A DNA stretch of 60,651 nucleotides, the filler included, from Globobulimina sp. (lineage: Eukaryota), in NCBI GenBank assembly GCA_003354225.1. It is 13 parts of 13 records of this genome, joined end to end, with 100 filler letters (N's around TTAATTAATTAA, not from the genome) between each part and the next. Parts side by side here need not be neighbours in the genome. Positions count along the whole stretch, not along the records: positions 23,384 to 27,956 come from PIVH01001104.1; positions 28,057 to 32,629 come from PIVH01001105.1; positions 32,730 to 37,301 come from PIVH01001106.1; 10 more parts are not named here. One strand, 5' to 3'. The notes beneath the pieces are model-generated. The model made no database searches, was not told where the DNA came from, and saw nothing but the letters and a program-made list of their open reading frames with translations. Shown in pieces: positions 23,384 through 35,705 of this stretch; within the stretch, counting starts at the first letter, position 1, and each line of letters begins with the position of its first letter. Both the position numbers and the translations under genes were made by a program.

Positions 23384-24515
23384 GCGAAGGCATTGGAAAA
23401 AGACAAACAATTAAAATCCGAGTTCGATCCGCGATTCATCAGCAGACCAAAAAATTGGCGCGGATTGAAATACGACGAAGATGAGCAGAGCAAGAAAAGG
23501 TTGGATCGGAAGAGGGCGATTATGGAGAAAAAGCGGAAGATGGCAAAGCAGGATTTGATGAATTATGGGCCGAGAGATGTGGAAAAGCCGCAGGATTGGA
23601 AAAGATACAAATACGATGAGGCTGAGGTGGAAAGAAAGCGACAGCAGAAAAAAGCGGAGGAAGAGCGTAAGAAAAAAGAAGTTGCCGCCGCGGAATTAAC
23701 CAAAGCCGGACCTCGCGATATGGGCAAGACGAGGTATAAAGGCACGAAATACAGTGTGGAAGAGGCTGAGAGAGAGCGAGCACGAAAACATGCGGAAGCT
23801 GAGGCAAAAAAAAAGGTGTGACATGACTTTCTAAAGTGACCCACTCGAAAACTGTTTTTGACACATGTCGACTTTGTAAAATGTGTACCGTTTTGAACAG
23901 GAAGCCGCTAAGCAAGATTTGAAGAAATCTGGACCGCGCGGTCAAAAAGTGAGAGGATACAAAGGCACCAAATACAGTGAAGAAGATGCGGAGAAAGAGC
24001 GAGCAAAGAAACGTGCCGAAGAAGAGCGGAAAAAAAAAGCAGCGGCCGGTGCAGATTTAAAAAAATCCGGACCGCGCGGCCAAAAAAAGCCGAAAGGTTG
24101 GAAAGGTGCCAAATATGATGCAAAGGCTGAGGAGAAGAAGAGAGCTGAAAAAAAGGCTGAAAAGGAGCGCAAAAAAAAAGAGGCCGCCGCAGCGGAACTG
24201 AATATGAAGAAAATGGGACCGAGGGATGCGAGGAAAGCGTCCAAAGCCAAAGGATGGCGCGGGTTGAAATATGATGAGGATGCCGCTGCTAAACAGAGAG
24301 CTGAAAAGAAAGCAGATGCTGATCGCAAAAAAAAACAGGCCGCGGGTGCTGACCTCAAGAAATCCGGACCGAGGCAGGCGGGAAAAATTAAATATAAGGG
24401 AACTAAGCTTGATTCGAAGGATAAAAAAACAAAAGCTAAGAAAAAGAGTTTGAAAAAGGATAAGAAAAAAAGTGCGAAAAAGGATACATCGAAGAAAACT
24501 ACGAGTGATAAATAG
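23384..24515 (+). CDS. Lys/Glu/Ala-rich protein of ~46-50-aa GPR...KG.KY repeats, 5'-incomplete, 2 exons
   Basis: About seven repeat units. Intron 23816-23900 (GTGTGA...CAG) joins the two ORFs within a repeat unit. Confidence 0.85.
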
Positions 24516-24750
24516 ATAAATATGATGCATGTTTATAGGCTTTATATTGTTGAATTGATACGTTTTTTTTGCTTTGTACATTATTATGATCAGACATTAT
24601 TATTTTTGGATGTATTTGTTGTGTATTTTTTGTATTCGCTTTATATCTGTTGTGTTATTTTCTGTTGTTACGTTGTATTCTGTTTCATATAACTTATCGT
24701 TTGAGATTCGGACTTTTCTTCACGTCTTTAGATAGAGTAGCAAGTCGGAA

Positions 24751-26436
24751 ATGGCAGAGCAGTGGGAATTTGATCTCGATGTCAGAAGCTGTTGTAAAGC
24801 GGACGCAGACAGAGTGAATTCAATAATGAGAAAAGCGTGGCCTCAAGAACCCAAATGGCGAAATCGTGATTATTGGGCAAATGTATTTGCAAACCCATCC
24901 TCAAAACTATATGGATATGTTATTGAAAAAATTGATATCAAAGGTAATAAATTGGTGCTTGGTTTTGCTATTTACGAATGGACCAAACCAAACCGAAAAC
25001 GCTCAGTATCTGCAAGTTCATGGCATATCAATGATTTTAATTGCAAACATTATAAATGGTGCCAGGGATTAAATGATGTACATCTAAATTTTGTGTCTCA
25101 TTACTCTAGTTTTGGCAGTAATAAAAATATAAAACATCATTGGCCAAAATTATCATCATTTTTCATACATTTAACAGATTTTGCCATTGATCCAGATCAC
25201 AGAGGTAAAGGTTATGGGACATGGTTAATGAGATTGATTATTAATGCATTTCCAACAGGAACGAGATTTGGTTTAGAAGTAAAACAAACAAATATTGCAG
25301 CCATTAAATGTTATAAAAAATGTGATTTTGCCATCAAAAGAGAAATAAAACATTATTATGGTAATAACAAAGCGGCGTATAAAATGGTATTAATTTCACA
25401 ATGTAAACAACAAGAAATTGATAGGAATATTAATAATATGTCACTGACTCAATTTATAGCATTCAGACAAAAAACTGACCCAAACACACCAACTGCAGTT
25501 TTATTGAACAATGCATTTTGCAGAACACTAGGATTGCACCGTCGCATGCTGCGAAGCACCAGACGCGTACGTGAACACATTTTTATTATTGAAAGTTTAT
25601 GCTGTTTGGAAAAATATGATGAAATTTCAAAAATGATTATGACTATGACAACGGAATATGTGTCTAGTACTAGAATTAATATATTTGGGTTATTGGTAAT
25701 AGTATTATCATCAATCAAGGATAAAAACTATGTATTAAATATGCAATGTACACAAAAAATACTTTCGTGTTTGATACGTGCACCGGATGCGAGAGAAAAT
25801 GTTGTACTGTGTCTTATGTTGGTATTTTACTCAACAAACATTGCGCAATGTGAAGGCTTACTAGATATTGATTTGTATGATAAAAAAGCAATTGCGATAA
25901 AAGAACGAGGACAAAATATTCTGACGCAACGTTATTTTGATCTTATGTTCAAATTAGTTGGACTTAGGGGAGAGGTCTGTTTTTGGTTATATGGCATCAA
26001 TGAATCGCTTGTATTGCAAAACAAACAATATGGACAAATTATAGATAATTATACCATATGTTTTCAACATTGCACTGTAACATATTTTCGTGTGTTATGT
26101 TTACGGGGATTGGCTTCTTTTTGTTATGCAAAAAGATTATATTTGATAGGAAACAAAGTGTTGAAGTCAGCATATGTATTATCAAATGGTTATATGTATC
26201 CGTCATTTGTGAAACAAATATATCCAAAAATGAAACGTAAATTTGCTAAAAAACGAAGAAAAAGCAAATGTGATAATTGTGGGAAATCAAAAACAAAACT
26301 GAAGGCATGTTGTGATTGTATGAGGGCTGTTTACTGCAGCAGGATATGTCAGAAAATAGCATGGAAATTACACAGAGATTTATGTGACAAAGTTTGGAGG
26401 GATCCATTGACTCGAATCAAATGTATGTTTGCTTAA
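24751..26436 (+). CDS. GNAT (RimI/NAA10-like) acetyltransferase fused to a C-terminal MYND zinc finger
   Basis: Acetyl-CoA motif FAIDPDHRGKGYG, plus LEVKQTNIAAIKCYKKCDF and HYYG. MYND: CDNC...CCDC...YCSRICQKIAWKLHRDLC. Confidence 0.85.
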   Translation: MAEQWEFDLDVRSCCKADADRVNSIMRKAWPQEPKWRNRDYWANVFANPSSKLYGYVIEKIDIKGNKLVLGFAIYEWTKPNRKRSVSASSWHINDFNCKHYKWCQGLNDVHLNFVSHYSSFGSNKNIKHHWPKLSSFFIHLTDFAIDPDHRGKGYGTWLMRLIINAFPTGTRFGLEVKQTNIAAIKCYKKCDFAIKREIKHYYGNNKAAYKMVLISQCKQQEIDRNINNMSLTQFIAFRQKTDPNTPTAVLLNNAFCRTLGLHRRMLRSTRRVREHIFIIESLCCLEKYDEISKMIMTMTTEYVSSTRINIFGLLVIVLSSIKDKNYVLNMQCTQKILSCLIRAPDARENVVLCLMLVFYSTNIAQCEGLLDIDLYDKKAIAIKERGQNILTQRYFDLMFKLVGLRGEVCFWLYGINESLVLQNKQYGQIIDNYTICFQHCTVTYFRVLCLRGLASFCYAKRLYLIGNKVLKSAYVLSNGYMYPSFVKQIYPKMKRKFAKKRRKSKCDNCGKSKTKLKACCDCMRAVYCSRICQKIAWKLHRDLCDKVWRDPLTRIKCMFA

Positions 26437-26568
26437 ATTTAAATATTTGTTAATTTGTTTTTTTGTTTCTGGAAGTTTAGTAACCGACTCTTTTTTTAAG
26501 TTTTTTTCATTTTATTTGTAAACGACGAATAAATAAAATTACATAATCAAAATAATCCAAACAAACAA

Positions 26569-27956
26569 TCAGAATTCAGAACAGTTGGCATCAATCAACC
26601 ATATATCATCAACAAACGACATAAAATTCATTGGATACAAAATCATTTCTGTAAAATTTGATTCAAAAAATGCTGACATTAACATTGATAGCGACTCGCC
26701 GAACATCTCAACTTCTTCAATCATGCCATTCGAATTTGTGTCAATATTTTGAAACCATAACATTGCAGAACGACAGTCCGAATCACATATTTCATCATTG
26801 CCATCTAAAATAATTACATCATTACAGAATGGCTCACATAATCCAACATATTTACATTTTTCCTTCGACAAACAAAGCAATAATTCATTGTTATAAACTG
26901 GGTTAAATTCTATATACAGTGGCAATAAATCAATCTCATCCATCTCCATGTTAACCAATATCTGTTTTGACAAAGAACCATTCAAATTAAATAGCAAATC
27001 AATTGTAAATGCAAACGAATTCATTGCAGAAACACATAACGGAATTCCTGATATAAATGCACCAGAAATATATACATTCTCCAAATGCGATAAGCTACAG
27101 ATCACCGATGGTATGTCCTCAATTATCACATTTTCAATACTAAAAAAGCTTAAATACTGCGATGTTTCCAGCGAGGAATTAATCGCATTCATACTCCATT
27201 TCATATATTTTACATTTAATATTTCCAGTTTAGGCATGACAAATTTTGTATGTTCAGCAAATGCGACATTTGAGATAAATAATGCTTCCATTTCATAGGG
27301 AAAGTGTATAATATCCACAGTTATATTTTGTTCATGAATATGTAGATACCATTCAATGTACAATATCTCCAACTTTGTAAAGTCATTGATCACCGATGCT
27401 AATATATCTTGTGTAGTTATACTGTTATTATATTCCTCTTCAATCTCCATTTTTAATGCAATATAATCTGTTCCTGATACTTTCCACCTAAACCGCTTGC
27501 AATCACACTGTGCAAAATATAACTTATATTCACATTGCTCTTCCCATACAACCAACGCTGGCTGTTGTTGTATATCGTTTAGTGACGGATTTGCACATAA
27601 ATTATAGGAATATGTATTATATAAATACCCCACGCCAATTATGACAAACATGCCATATAAAATACAAATAATTGCAATCATACAGCAACAGAACAGCAAT
27701 CTGTTGGTTGTTTTGTGTTTATTTCGAATCATTTTCTTGTTCTGTTTCTTTATTTGCTTACTTTGCGTATACTGATCTTGTGTACTTTCGACTGATTGCT
27801 TACGATGTAATAAGTTTAAATCCATTATTTGCATATTTGTGAGTGAAGGGGATGGCTCATAAAATGGATTGGTTGCTATGCCGCCTATTTCTTCAGTGGT
27901 CACGGATATACTTTTCCTGCTTATTCGCGTCACTGAAATGCTCCCGGTTCGTCGCG
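26569..27956 (-). CDS. Membrane protein with TM helix, LRR-like region, Cys-rich segment and EF-hand, 5'-incomplete
   Basis: TM segment LLFCCCMIAIICILYGMFVIIGVGYL, LRR-like IPSVICSLSHLENVYIS, EF-hand loop DTNSNGMIEEVE. Confidence 0.7.
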
Positions 27957-28056
27957 NNNNNNNNNNNNNNNNNNNNNNNNNNNNNNNNNNNNNNNNNNNN
28001 TTAATTAATTAANNNNNNNNNNNNNNNNNNNNNNNNNNNNNNNNNNNNNNNNNNNN

Positions 28057-31000
28057 TTCCACCTAAATAATTATTTAATTCATATGAAAGAGAAGAAAAT
28101 AATATGAATGTATATTTAAAAAAGTAACTTGTTGGCTCGTCGAGGAAGACCTAAATGTATCAAAATTGCATTGTAAATATGCATTAACAAAACAGACATA
28201 AAACAAACATACAATTTGAGATCCACCAATCAATGCTATGCCTAATGACAACTTACGTCTTTGTCCTCCACTCACTACACACCAATAAAATATACACAAT
28301 ACAAAATATTGTATGATTGCTAGAAACACATACTTTGCGTTGGGAACTTATGTTGATTATGACCCTGATCTAAATGTGTCTTCTTTAGCATTGTAGCTAC
28401 TTCAGCCCCTGTTTTATCTTTGGGTACACCTTTCAATCTGGCAAAAAACCATAAATGTTCTTCAGTGCTCATTCTATCCCAAAGAACCTTAACATATATG
28501 ACATGACATATGTTTTTTGTATTGTTTTTTTTATGACGAAAAAACAGCTTAACGTCATGTTGTGGGCATATTCCTAAATGTTTGCGAACTTCACCCATTT
28601 CTACCGGATCGTTAATATCATGATTCAACACCCAAGCATTCCCAGATGTGATTGGTAGTAATCCTAATTGGTGCAATGTGTCATGATCAAGAAGCACATA
28701 AATAAAATAATATAAAACACAAACCTGTCATCATTCCAATAGTCGTACTTTTACCAGCACCATTATGCCCCAATAAGCAGAATATTTCCCCTCTATAAAC
28801 ATCCAATGATACGCCTTGTACAGCTTTAACTAACCCAACTTTTGAAAACCAATTACCCGGTTTTTGAAATGTTTTTGTTAACTGACGAATCGTAATCAAT
28901 TGCGCTTCCTCTCGGTCCTCATCAAAGTGCTGATAATTGGCACCAAAATCCAAAACTGAAGATATTTTCCGCCTTAATTCTCCTTTCTTCTCTTTATGGG
29001 TTTCGCCATATCCCGGACACCAATATGACGGCAACACAAAATACCACAATACTTGTTTCTGACCATATTTTGATGGAAACACCTGATCAAAATATAAATT
29101 CAAAACCATGTAAATAAATATATCAATAGTTAGCATGTATAAACACTGCGAAAAGGCAAAATCATTGTACATATCATCAATATTCTCAAAATTAATCCCA
29201 ATCTGCGATGATTCATATTGAATGAGATTAGGTACAGCTATCATAAAACAGGCGGGCGCCACTAAACAAACGCCATGTTTTTGAGGACCAGATAATGGTT
29301 TTGCTAATGTTCCAAACGATAAAAATATTAAAAATAACACCACTCCAACCAACGAAGCTGTTTTTGGATTGTCAAACCATGTCGACATCCAACAACACAT
29401 CATTCCCGTTGCTAAACAAAACAGCCAAACCCACAAAAATATCACCCCAAACGATGAATATCTGAACACATTGCCAAACACGCCAAGCACTGCGATAATC
29501 ACCGCAATCAAAGTGAAGGATATAAAAAACCAACAATACCAACTCAACCAGTAACTGCCCGCAGTGGCGCCCATCATTTTTAATGTTTCCTTGATTTTCT
29601 TGGCTTTCTCGTCCACCAAAATAGTCAATATTTCTGTGATGGGATAACAAAACATAATAAACAAATAAAATGCAAACGCGGGCCCTATCCACGACCAGTA
29701 ACTGTCTGCGAGATACGGATACACCGGAAACATAAAAGCGCCTTTACTGTATTCCCGAGTAAACGAATAGAATTTGTCCAATAAGCCATTCACAGTGTTG
29801 TTGTCGCGGTTATTCTCATACTCTCCATACCGGATCATATACTCCATAATGGCTTCATCGATCCAGGTTTGCAAAGTTATAAACCCACTCCATTCAGTAT
29901 AATAATATAAACTTAGTCCATACAGCAAATAAAAGTTTCTCTCGAATATATTGACATTGTTTGAACTTTTCGTTGACGGTATGGCGCTCATATTCACTCT
30001 CAACGTATATTTCCATTTGAAACCGCCAGAATCATCGCCCATGTCATTGAAAACAATGGCGGCACCAACGGGTCGCGTTGCATTCGGGTTCGTGTCTTCG
30101 AAGTTGAAGCCTGGATTGGCATATAACGGCGAAGTGATATACTCTTCCAACTCTTGTTCAGTTGTGAAGAATTTCAGCAACGATCCCTCTGTAAAATTTA
30201 AATAGTTGGTATGATTGCTGTCATCCCAACAAAAGTTATATTCAAATGGCTTGTTGCCCGGATCTGTATCGTTGCCACCTAAAAAATCAAAGCGTCTTTC
30301 TCTTTCGGGTCGATAGGTTTCGCTGAACCAGGTGTCGTCATTGAGAGCGTTTTCATAGAAATCTGATAAATATGTGCTACTGTCACCATATTTAGTTCCC
30401 ATAATATTTAATAAGTTTGTCACGGCTGAACTGTTGGAATATATGTCTGGATGAACGATGGCTAAATAACTGGGCTGATGTTGGGCATACGTGTTCGAGG
30501 CATATGGATTCCTCACACATACAAAATATTTGATCCACATATGCATTGCAGACGCATCTGGCCATGGTAGTGGTCGATGCATTGGATAATTGGTACCATA
30601 ATCTGCGGCGTCGCCTGTATTGGAGAGTAAGTAATCAAATTCAAAGCCATACGCTTTGCCATTGTTATGTTGCGTATCAATGGCAGTCATAGCTACTAAT
30701 ATTAGCATTATCGCGAATGGTATTCCATACGTTAATGCTATGCCCAATGGATGTCGCATAAATTGGATTTGGCTGTTTTTCCAGAATTGTAATTGAAACT
30801 TTGTGAAGAATGAGATATCTGTTGTTAATACTTCAAATTCTTCTAATGGCGGATCATGGTATTTCTGTTCTGTTTCGTTGTCCGTTGTTAGTATTCCTGT
30901 TGTTTCTGTCGGTTGCACTGTTTCTGTTGGCTCTGTTTCTGTTGGCTGGACTTGCAATTCTATGGTGCCACCTGCTACAATATCATCAATTTTATTTTCT

Positions 31001-31059
31001 TCAACTGCTGGTTCTTCTTCACTGGCCAATCTGCTGTATTTGCTCTTCTTGTCTGCCAT
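28057..31059 (-). CDS. ABCA-family transporter, N-terminal half, 3'-incomplete
   Basis: Walker A GHNGAGKST, Q-loop GICPQHD, signature MSGGQRRKLS and Walker B VFLDEPTSG after splicing introns 28664-28724, 28488-28553, 28275-28333, 28151-28212 and 28063-28128. Confidence 0.93.
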
Positions 31060-31150
31060 TTTGCAAGATAACTAGTTACTAGCTTGACGAGTCGATTGAA
31101 AATTACTTTCAAAAAAAACTTTACAATTATCAGCAAAAATATTTCAAAGC

Positions 31151-32629
31151 ATGTCACATGGCAAGAAGTCAAAAGCCGGTACTACACAAAACTAAAGCAA
31201 TAAGATGATTGTAAATGATTGTTTTAATGCAACAGAACTTGAAGATAAAGTATTTAAATTAAAAGATATCAATAAAGATTTAAAAGGAACACAATTAACA
31301 CTTCAACAAAATTTAAAAAAGCTAAGTTGTGTGTTATTATCCAGAGAGTATATTGACTATATTCATTTGCTACAATTTAGGGCTCAATGGGAAGCATCAT
31401 ATTTTCGGAAAAAAGCGCAAAATGTCGAAAAAAAAATGAAAAAAAATAATATAACAAATGTTGAAAGCAGTTAAATTAAAAAATACCATTTACGCTTTGT
31501 GCTTATATCGAATCTGATCAATATACATACAAATAAATACCATGCAGAAGAACTAAATAATATGGTCAATGTTTTAAAGAACAAAAATGATTTGTACCGG
31601 AAAGAAAACTTAAAACTGCGGGAAACCGCAAGAAATACAAAAACAAAAACAAAACGCCAAAGGTTTGTACGTTCATAGTCCAACCATGCGAATCAATCAT
31701 TGCATGGTATAAACAGACCAAAGAGTGCTGCAAAACACATTCAATCAAATCAACAAATCACAACGTTAATTTTGTTTATTTTGTTGTATTTGAAACAACT
31801 TTAAATATACAGAATGTTGAAAGAAATTCGTCAAACATTAAAAGAAAACAATCAAGAAAATACTGACTACACTTCATCGAATAATGTGAATATGAATGAA
31901 ATGGCGTTTAATTATAATGAAATTAAGAAAGAATTAAAGAACAAACAATTGCATATTGTAATGTCGACGACGAAATATGAAGAATTGCAATCGAATTTGA
32001 AGGCCGATAGAATAATTCAACAACGAGCTCTTGACCAATGTGAGAAATATAAAATAATGTTACAACAAACAGAAGAAAGCAATCAAGATTTACAACAACA
32101 AATATGTGTTTCTGATGCGTCTTTGCACGAAATCGAATCATTACAACTTTATATAAAGAATATAAAGGGAGAGAACAAGTCATTGCAAGACCGAATAAGT
32201 AAATTGACAGAGAATAGTTTATTGGGCGACCAATTGGAAACGCAGAGGATATCACAAATTACATCCAGTCATCATACAAAATTGTCAAAAATACAAATTT
32301 GTTTAAATGAATCCACTCAAAAGTTAGAATTAAGCGAAACGAAATTAAATAAAACGATGAAAGAAAAAGATATATTCGAACAGGAAGCAAATTCGTTGAA
32401 GAAAAGTATTAAAATTCTACAAACAGAAAATGAAAAATTAAAAATAAAGACAAAATTATTTGAAGATCAGTCTGGAATAAATATAAAAGATTTAGAATGC
32501 GCACTGGAATTAATTGAAAAATCAAAAAGAAATAACAAAGACATCGATTTTTTGAATGAAATAGAAATCGATAAATGTGATGATCCGATAATTTTGAGAG
32601 GAAAAATCGATGAGTTACAAATAAAAAAT
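31151..32629 (+). CDS. RPGRIP1L: RPGRIP1L/fantom-like ciliary transition-zone coiled-coil protein, 3'-incomplete
   Basis: Spliced N-terminus MSHGKKSKAELEDKVFKLKDIN and later SGINIKDLECALELI...IDFL resemble RPGRIP1L. Introns at 31179-31235, 31321-31380 (GC-AG), 31470-31547, 31663-31716 and 31765-31812. Confidence 0.65.
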
Positions 32630-32729
32630 NNNNNNNNNNNNNNNNNNNNNNNNNNNNNNNNNNNNNNNNNNNNTTAATTAATTAANNNNNNNNNNNNNNN
32701 NNNNNNNNNNNNNNNNNNNNNNNNNNNNN

Positions 32730-33910
32730 AATTGCTGCATAGATGACACATTTTGCGGTTGCTGCTGATTATTTCTTTGCAATTGATTCAATAACGATAT
32801 TAATTGCGATGCTTGGCTCGGACCTAAACCGCTGATTTGAATATTATCAAAATTTGTATTGGTTGCGGTATTGGTATCAGTAATGGAATGTGTATTTGGA
32901 TGCGTACTGGGATTCGTATCCGAGTGTGTATTCATATGCGTACTGGGCGTACTCTCTCCGAATTCCTGCCCATATATTCCCGGTATTACTCCTCGGAACT
33001 CCGCACTCTGCGTATTCTCCGAGCTAGGCACCGTCTGTGTCTTTGCTTCTTCAATGGTTACTCGCCTATTTGTGGTAGATGCAGTATCTTGTGCTCTGGT
33101 TGCAGGATTTGTGGTAGTTGCAGGAGTTGTGGTAGTTGCAGTACTTCGCGCTCTGGTATTTGCATCTGCGACACTGGTTGTTTGCATATTTGGTGGTTTC
33201 AAGACATTAACCTGACGCTGCAAACCTGCTTGTATACCGCCACAAATCTCCATTGCAATCTTGGCCAACTCAGTTTTAGTGATCAACGCACTCACTTTGG
33301 GGTACAAGATATCACCCATTGTACTGGTCACAATATCCAATGTGCTCAAAACAATGACAATATTCCACAAGATTTCACCACAAATCTTCCTCAAATCAAC
33401 AAATAAAGCTATTTCCCTCTCATTCAAATTCCATTCATTCAATTTTAAATAATCAATATCATTAAATGATTTATTTGGTAATGCTGGATCATGTTTTATT
33501 CTTACTAATTTTATTTTAATTTTAACTCTAACATCAACTATAATTTGTTTAAAGAATTGGATCGTATCGGGATTCAACGTACTTATCGCCGTTGTTAATA
33601 ATATCGCAAATATGGTCACCAGTCTCTGCTGTTTTTGGTACGGATTGTTACCAATATCATCCGTGTATTGCGCCAATTTAGCAAAGCATTTATCTCTCAC
33701 TTCATTCGGAATGATAACTAAAAAGGCTGAAGACCATTTATTTATGGCATTATCATCATTCACCTTTTCCTTCCTGAACTCAACCGCATTAAAATACCCT
33801 CTGCAGACACACACTGCGTTATATATTAAATCATTTGCTATCTTTTTTGACAGATTACTTTGCATATTTTTATATGATGCTTCATTTATTTTTGTTATTG
33901 ATTGCAACAT
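32730..33910 (-). CDS. Unknown ORF downstream of the recombinase (candidate gag-like or cargo ORF), 3'-incomplete
   Basis: ATG at 33910 (MLQSITK). Helical N-terminal part, then a Thr/Asn/Gln-rich disordered region. No introns. Confidence 0.7.
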
Positions 33911-34403
33911 TCTGTACTTATATTTGTGATTTATTTGTTTATTTTTATTATGTATTCGTTTTGCAACTGTTTGCTTTTTGTTTGTAACTCCGCACCTTTC
34001 GTAACTCAATTTTTATTTTAACTTTTCTTATGTCTTGTTACGACGACTTATTCTGGCACTCGTTACTTGCACTATCTCCCCTGACGTTTAGTAGGGTAAA
34101 GAAAAGTTTTCAAACAAACAGTAATCAAACACCACACTCAAAAACACTTTTCACACAACAATAACAGAAACACTTTCATCTCAATTCAATGAAACCTCCG
34201 TTATAAAGTAACAATCTGTTTTATTTATGAATTATCGATGTGGACAAAATATTAAATTTGTTTAATTTAATTTAATTTATTATTTGTTCAACCAAACAAA
34301 TAATCATATCCTAAATAATACAATTCAGGAATTATCCATATCGCACAATAAATAATAATTAGAACTAAATTCATTAATCATTATCCAGATCGTAATTCAT
34401 ATT

Positions 34404-35705
34404 TTAATCATTAATATTATCTTTTGTTAATTGCTCCTTGTAATCTTTAAGAAACTGCATTGATATCACTGTCGATTTATCATTCGGCAAATTCTGCACC
34501 AATTTGCATTCTGCCATGTCTAAATCTATCAACTCTCTATTTATTTTATCACCATACAAATAGGTAAATGCCAAACCAAACATTTCCTTTTGTGTATGTA
34601 TAATATAATCATCTATGGCTGCCAATAACTTCCATCTGCCAGCAAATGCAATAATACTCCTTAGCACACCTTTTTGGGTTAAGGTTGTTGCGAATCCTTT
34701 ACGCAATCCATGGAATCTATATTTATCCCCTTCAATAAATCCCAACACTGCAATCAATCCTTTCCAATGTCGTTTTACTGCAGTTAGTGTCCAGTCTATT
34801 TGGGGAGTCTGGAACAAAAAACGCTTTCTTAATTTATATTTATAAATTCTTCTTAAATTATATCTCTGTATATTATATATATGATATATCATCACAACGG
34901 GGTCAATTTGGCGATGCGTTCGCCCCATTCTCAGAAAGACATCTTGTCCCTTCTGTGCGGACTTTGAATGTCTAAGCCTGATTCGAAGATGATGCAAGGA
35001 ACTGAAAGCCTGCGAATATCTATTACTCTCATACAGCTTTTTTGTTTGTGCATCTCTCCAAAAGAATGCAATGTCTGATAAATAAATTCCATATCCTTCA
35101 TAATTTTTATCTTTATTTTCATAGCATTCCGCTCCTCTTAATCCTAACATGCCTACAAATAAAATCGATATGGCATAGCAATACCAAAATAGTCTATTTT
35201 TGTCAATCCATATTTTTGGAAATGACAACCAATTCGATTTATTTCTTCTTTCTTCATCACTTAAAAAATTTAAACCATAATATACTTTAAAATTCAATAT
35301 ATGCCTAACCACCGCCAAAACCGTTTCTACCGTTGCTGGCAATGTATCGCATCCTTTCCCCGGATTGCGTTTCTTCACATATTTCAATATTGCTTCAATC
35401 GATGGGTTCTCCGACCACGAAGATTTTATACCACATAGCTGAGCGACGAAATCAATCGCTCTCATTTTGCCTCTTATCGTGCCATAACAATTCTTTCTTT
35501 TCCTAATAAAGCAACAATTTATAATATATATTTGCAAAATCGCATCATTGATTGGGAAATCCCAGACCCATTTATCCGGTATCTTCAATCTCCTCATCGT
35601 TCTCCAAAATTCAAGGAAGTTATCTTGATACGTTCCTTCCGACGTTGGTTTGACACCGCCATTTTGAGTCATCATTAATATATCTCGATATATTGATGGT
35701 ACCAA
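34404..35705 (-). CDS. Tyrosine recombinase (DIRS-type integrase)
   Basis: Complete catalytic set: R (GLRGAE), K (RHSKS), HxxR (FHGLRKGFAT), GRW and Y (DDYI). N-terminal core-binding segment (TIRGKMRAIDF...NPSIEAILK). Confidence 0.92.
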   Translation of the reverse strand: MVPSIYRDILMMTQNGGVKPTSEGTYQDNFLEFWRTMRRLKIPDKWVWDFPINDAILQIYIINCCFIRKRKNCYGTIRGKMRAIDFVAQLCGIKSSWSENPSIEAILKYVKKRNPGKGCDTLPATVETVLAVVRHILNFKVYYGLNFLSDEERRNKSNWLSFPKIWIDKNRLFWYCYAISILFVGMLGLRGAECYENKDKNYEGYGIYLSDIAFFWRDAQTKKLYESNRYSQAFSSLHHLRIRLRHSKSAQKGQDVFLRMGRTHRQIDPVVMIYHIYNIQRYNLRRIYKYKLRKRFLFQTPQIDWTLTAVKRHWKGLIAVLGFIEGDKYRFHGLRKGFATTLTQKGVLRSIIAFAGRWKLLAAIDDYIIHTQKEMFGLAFTYLYGDKINRELIDLDMAECKLVQNLPNDKSTVISMQFLKDYKEQLTKDNIND

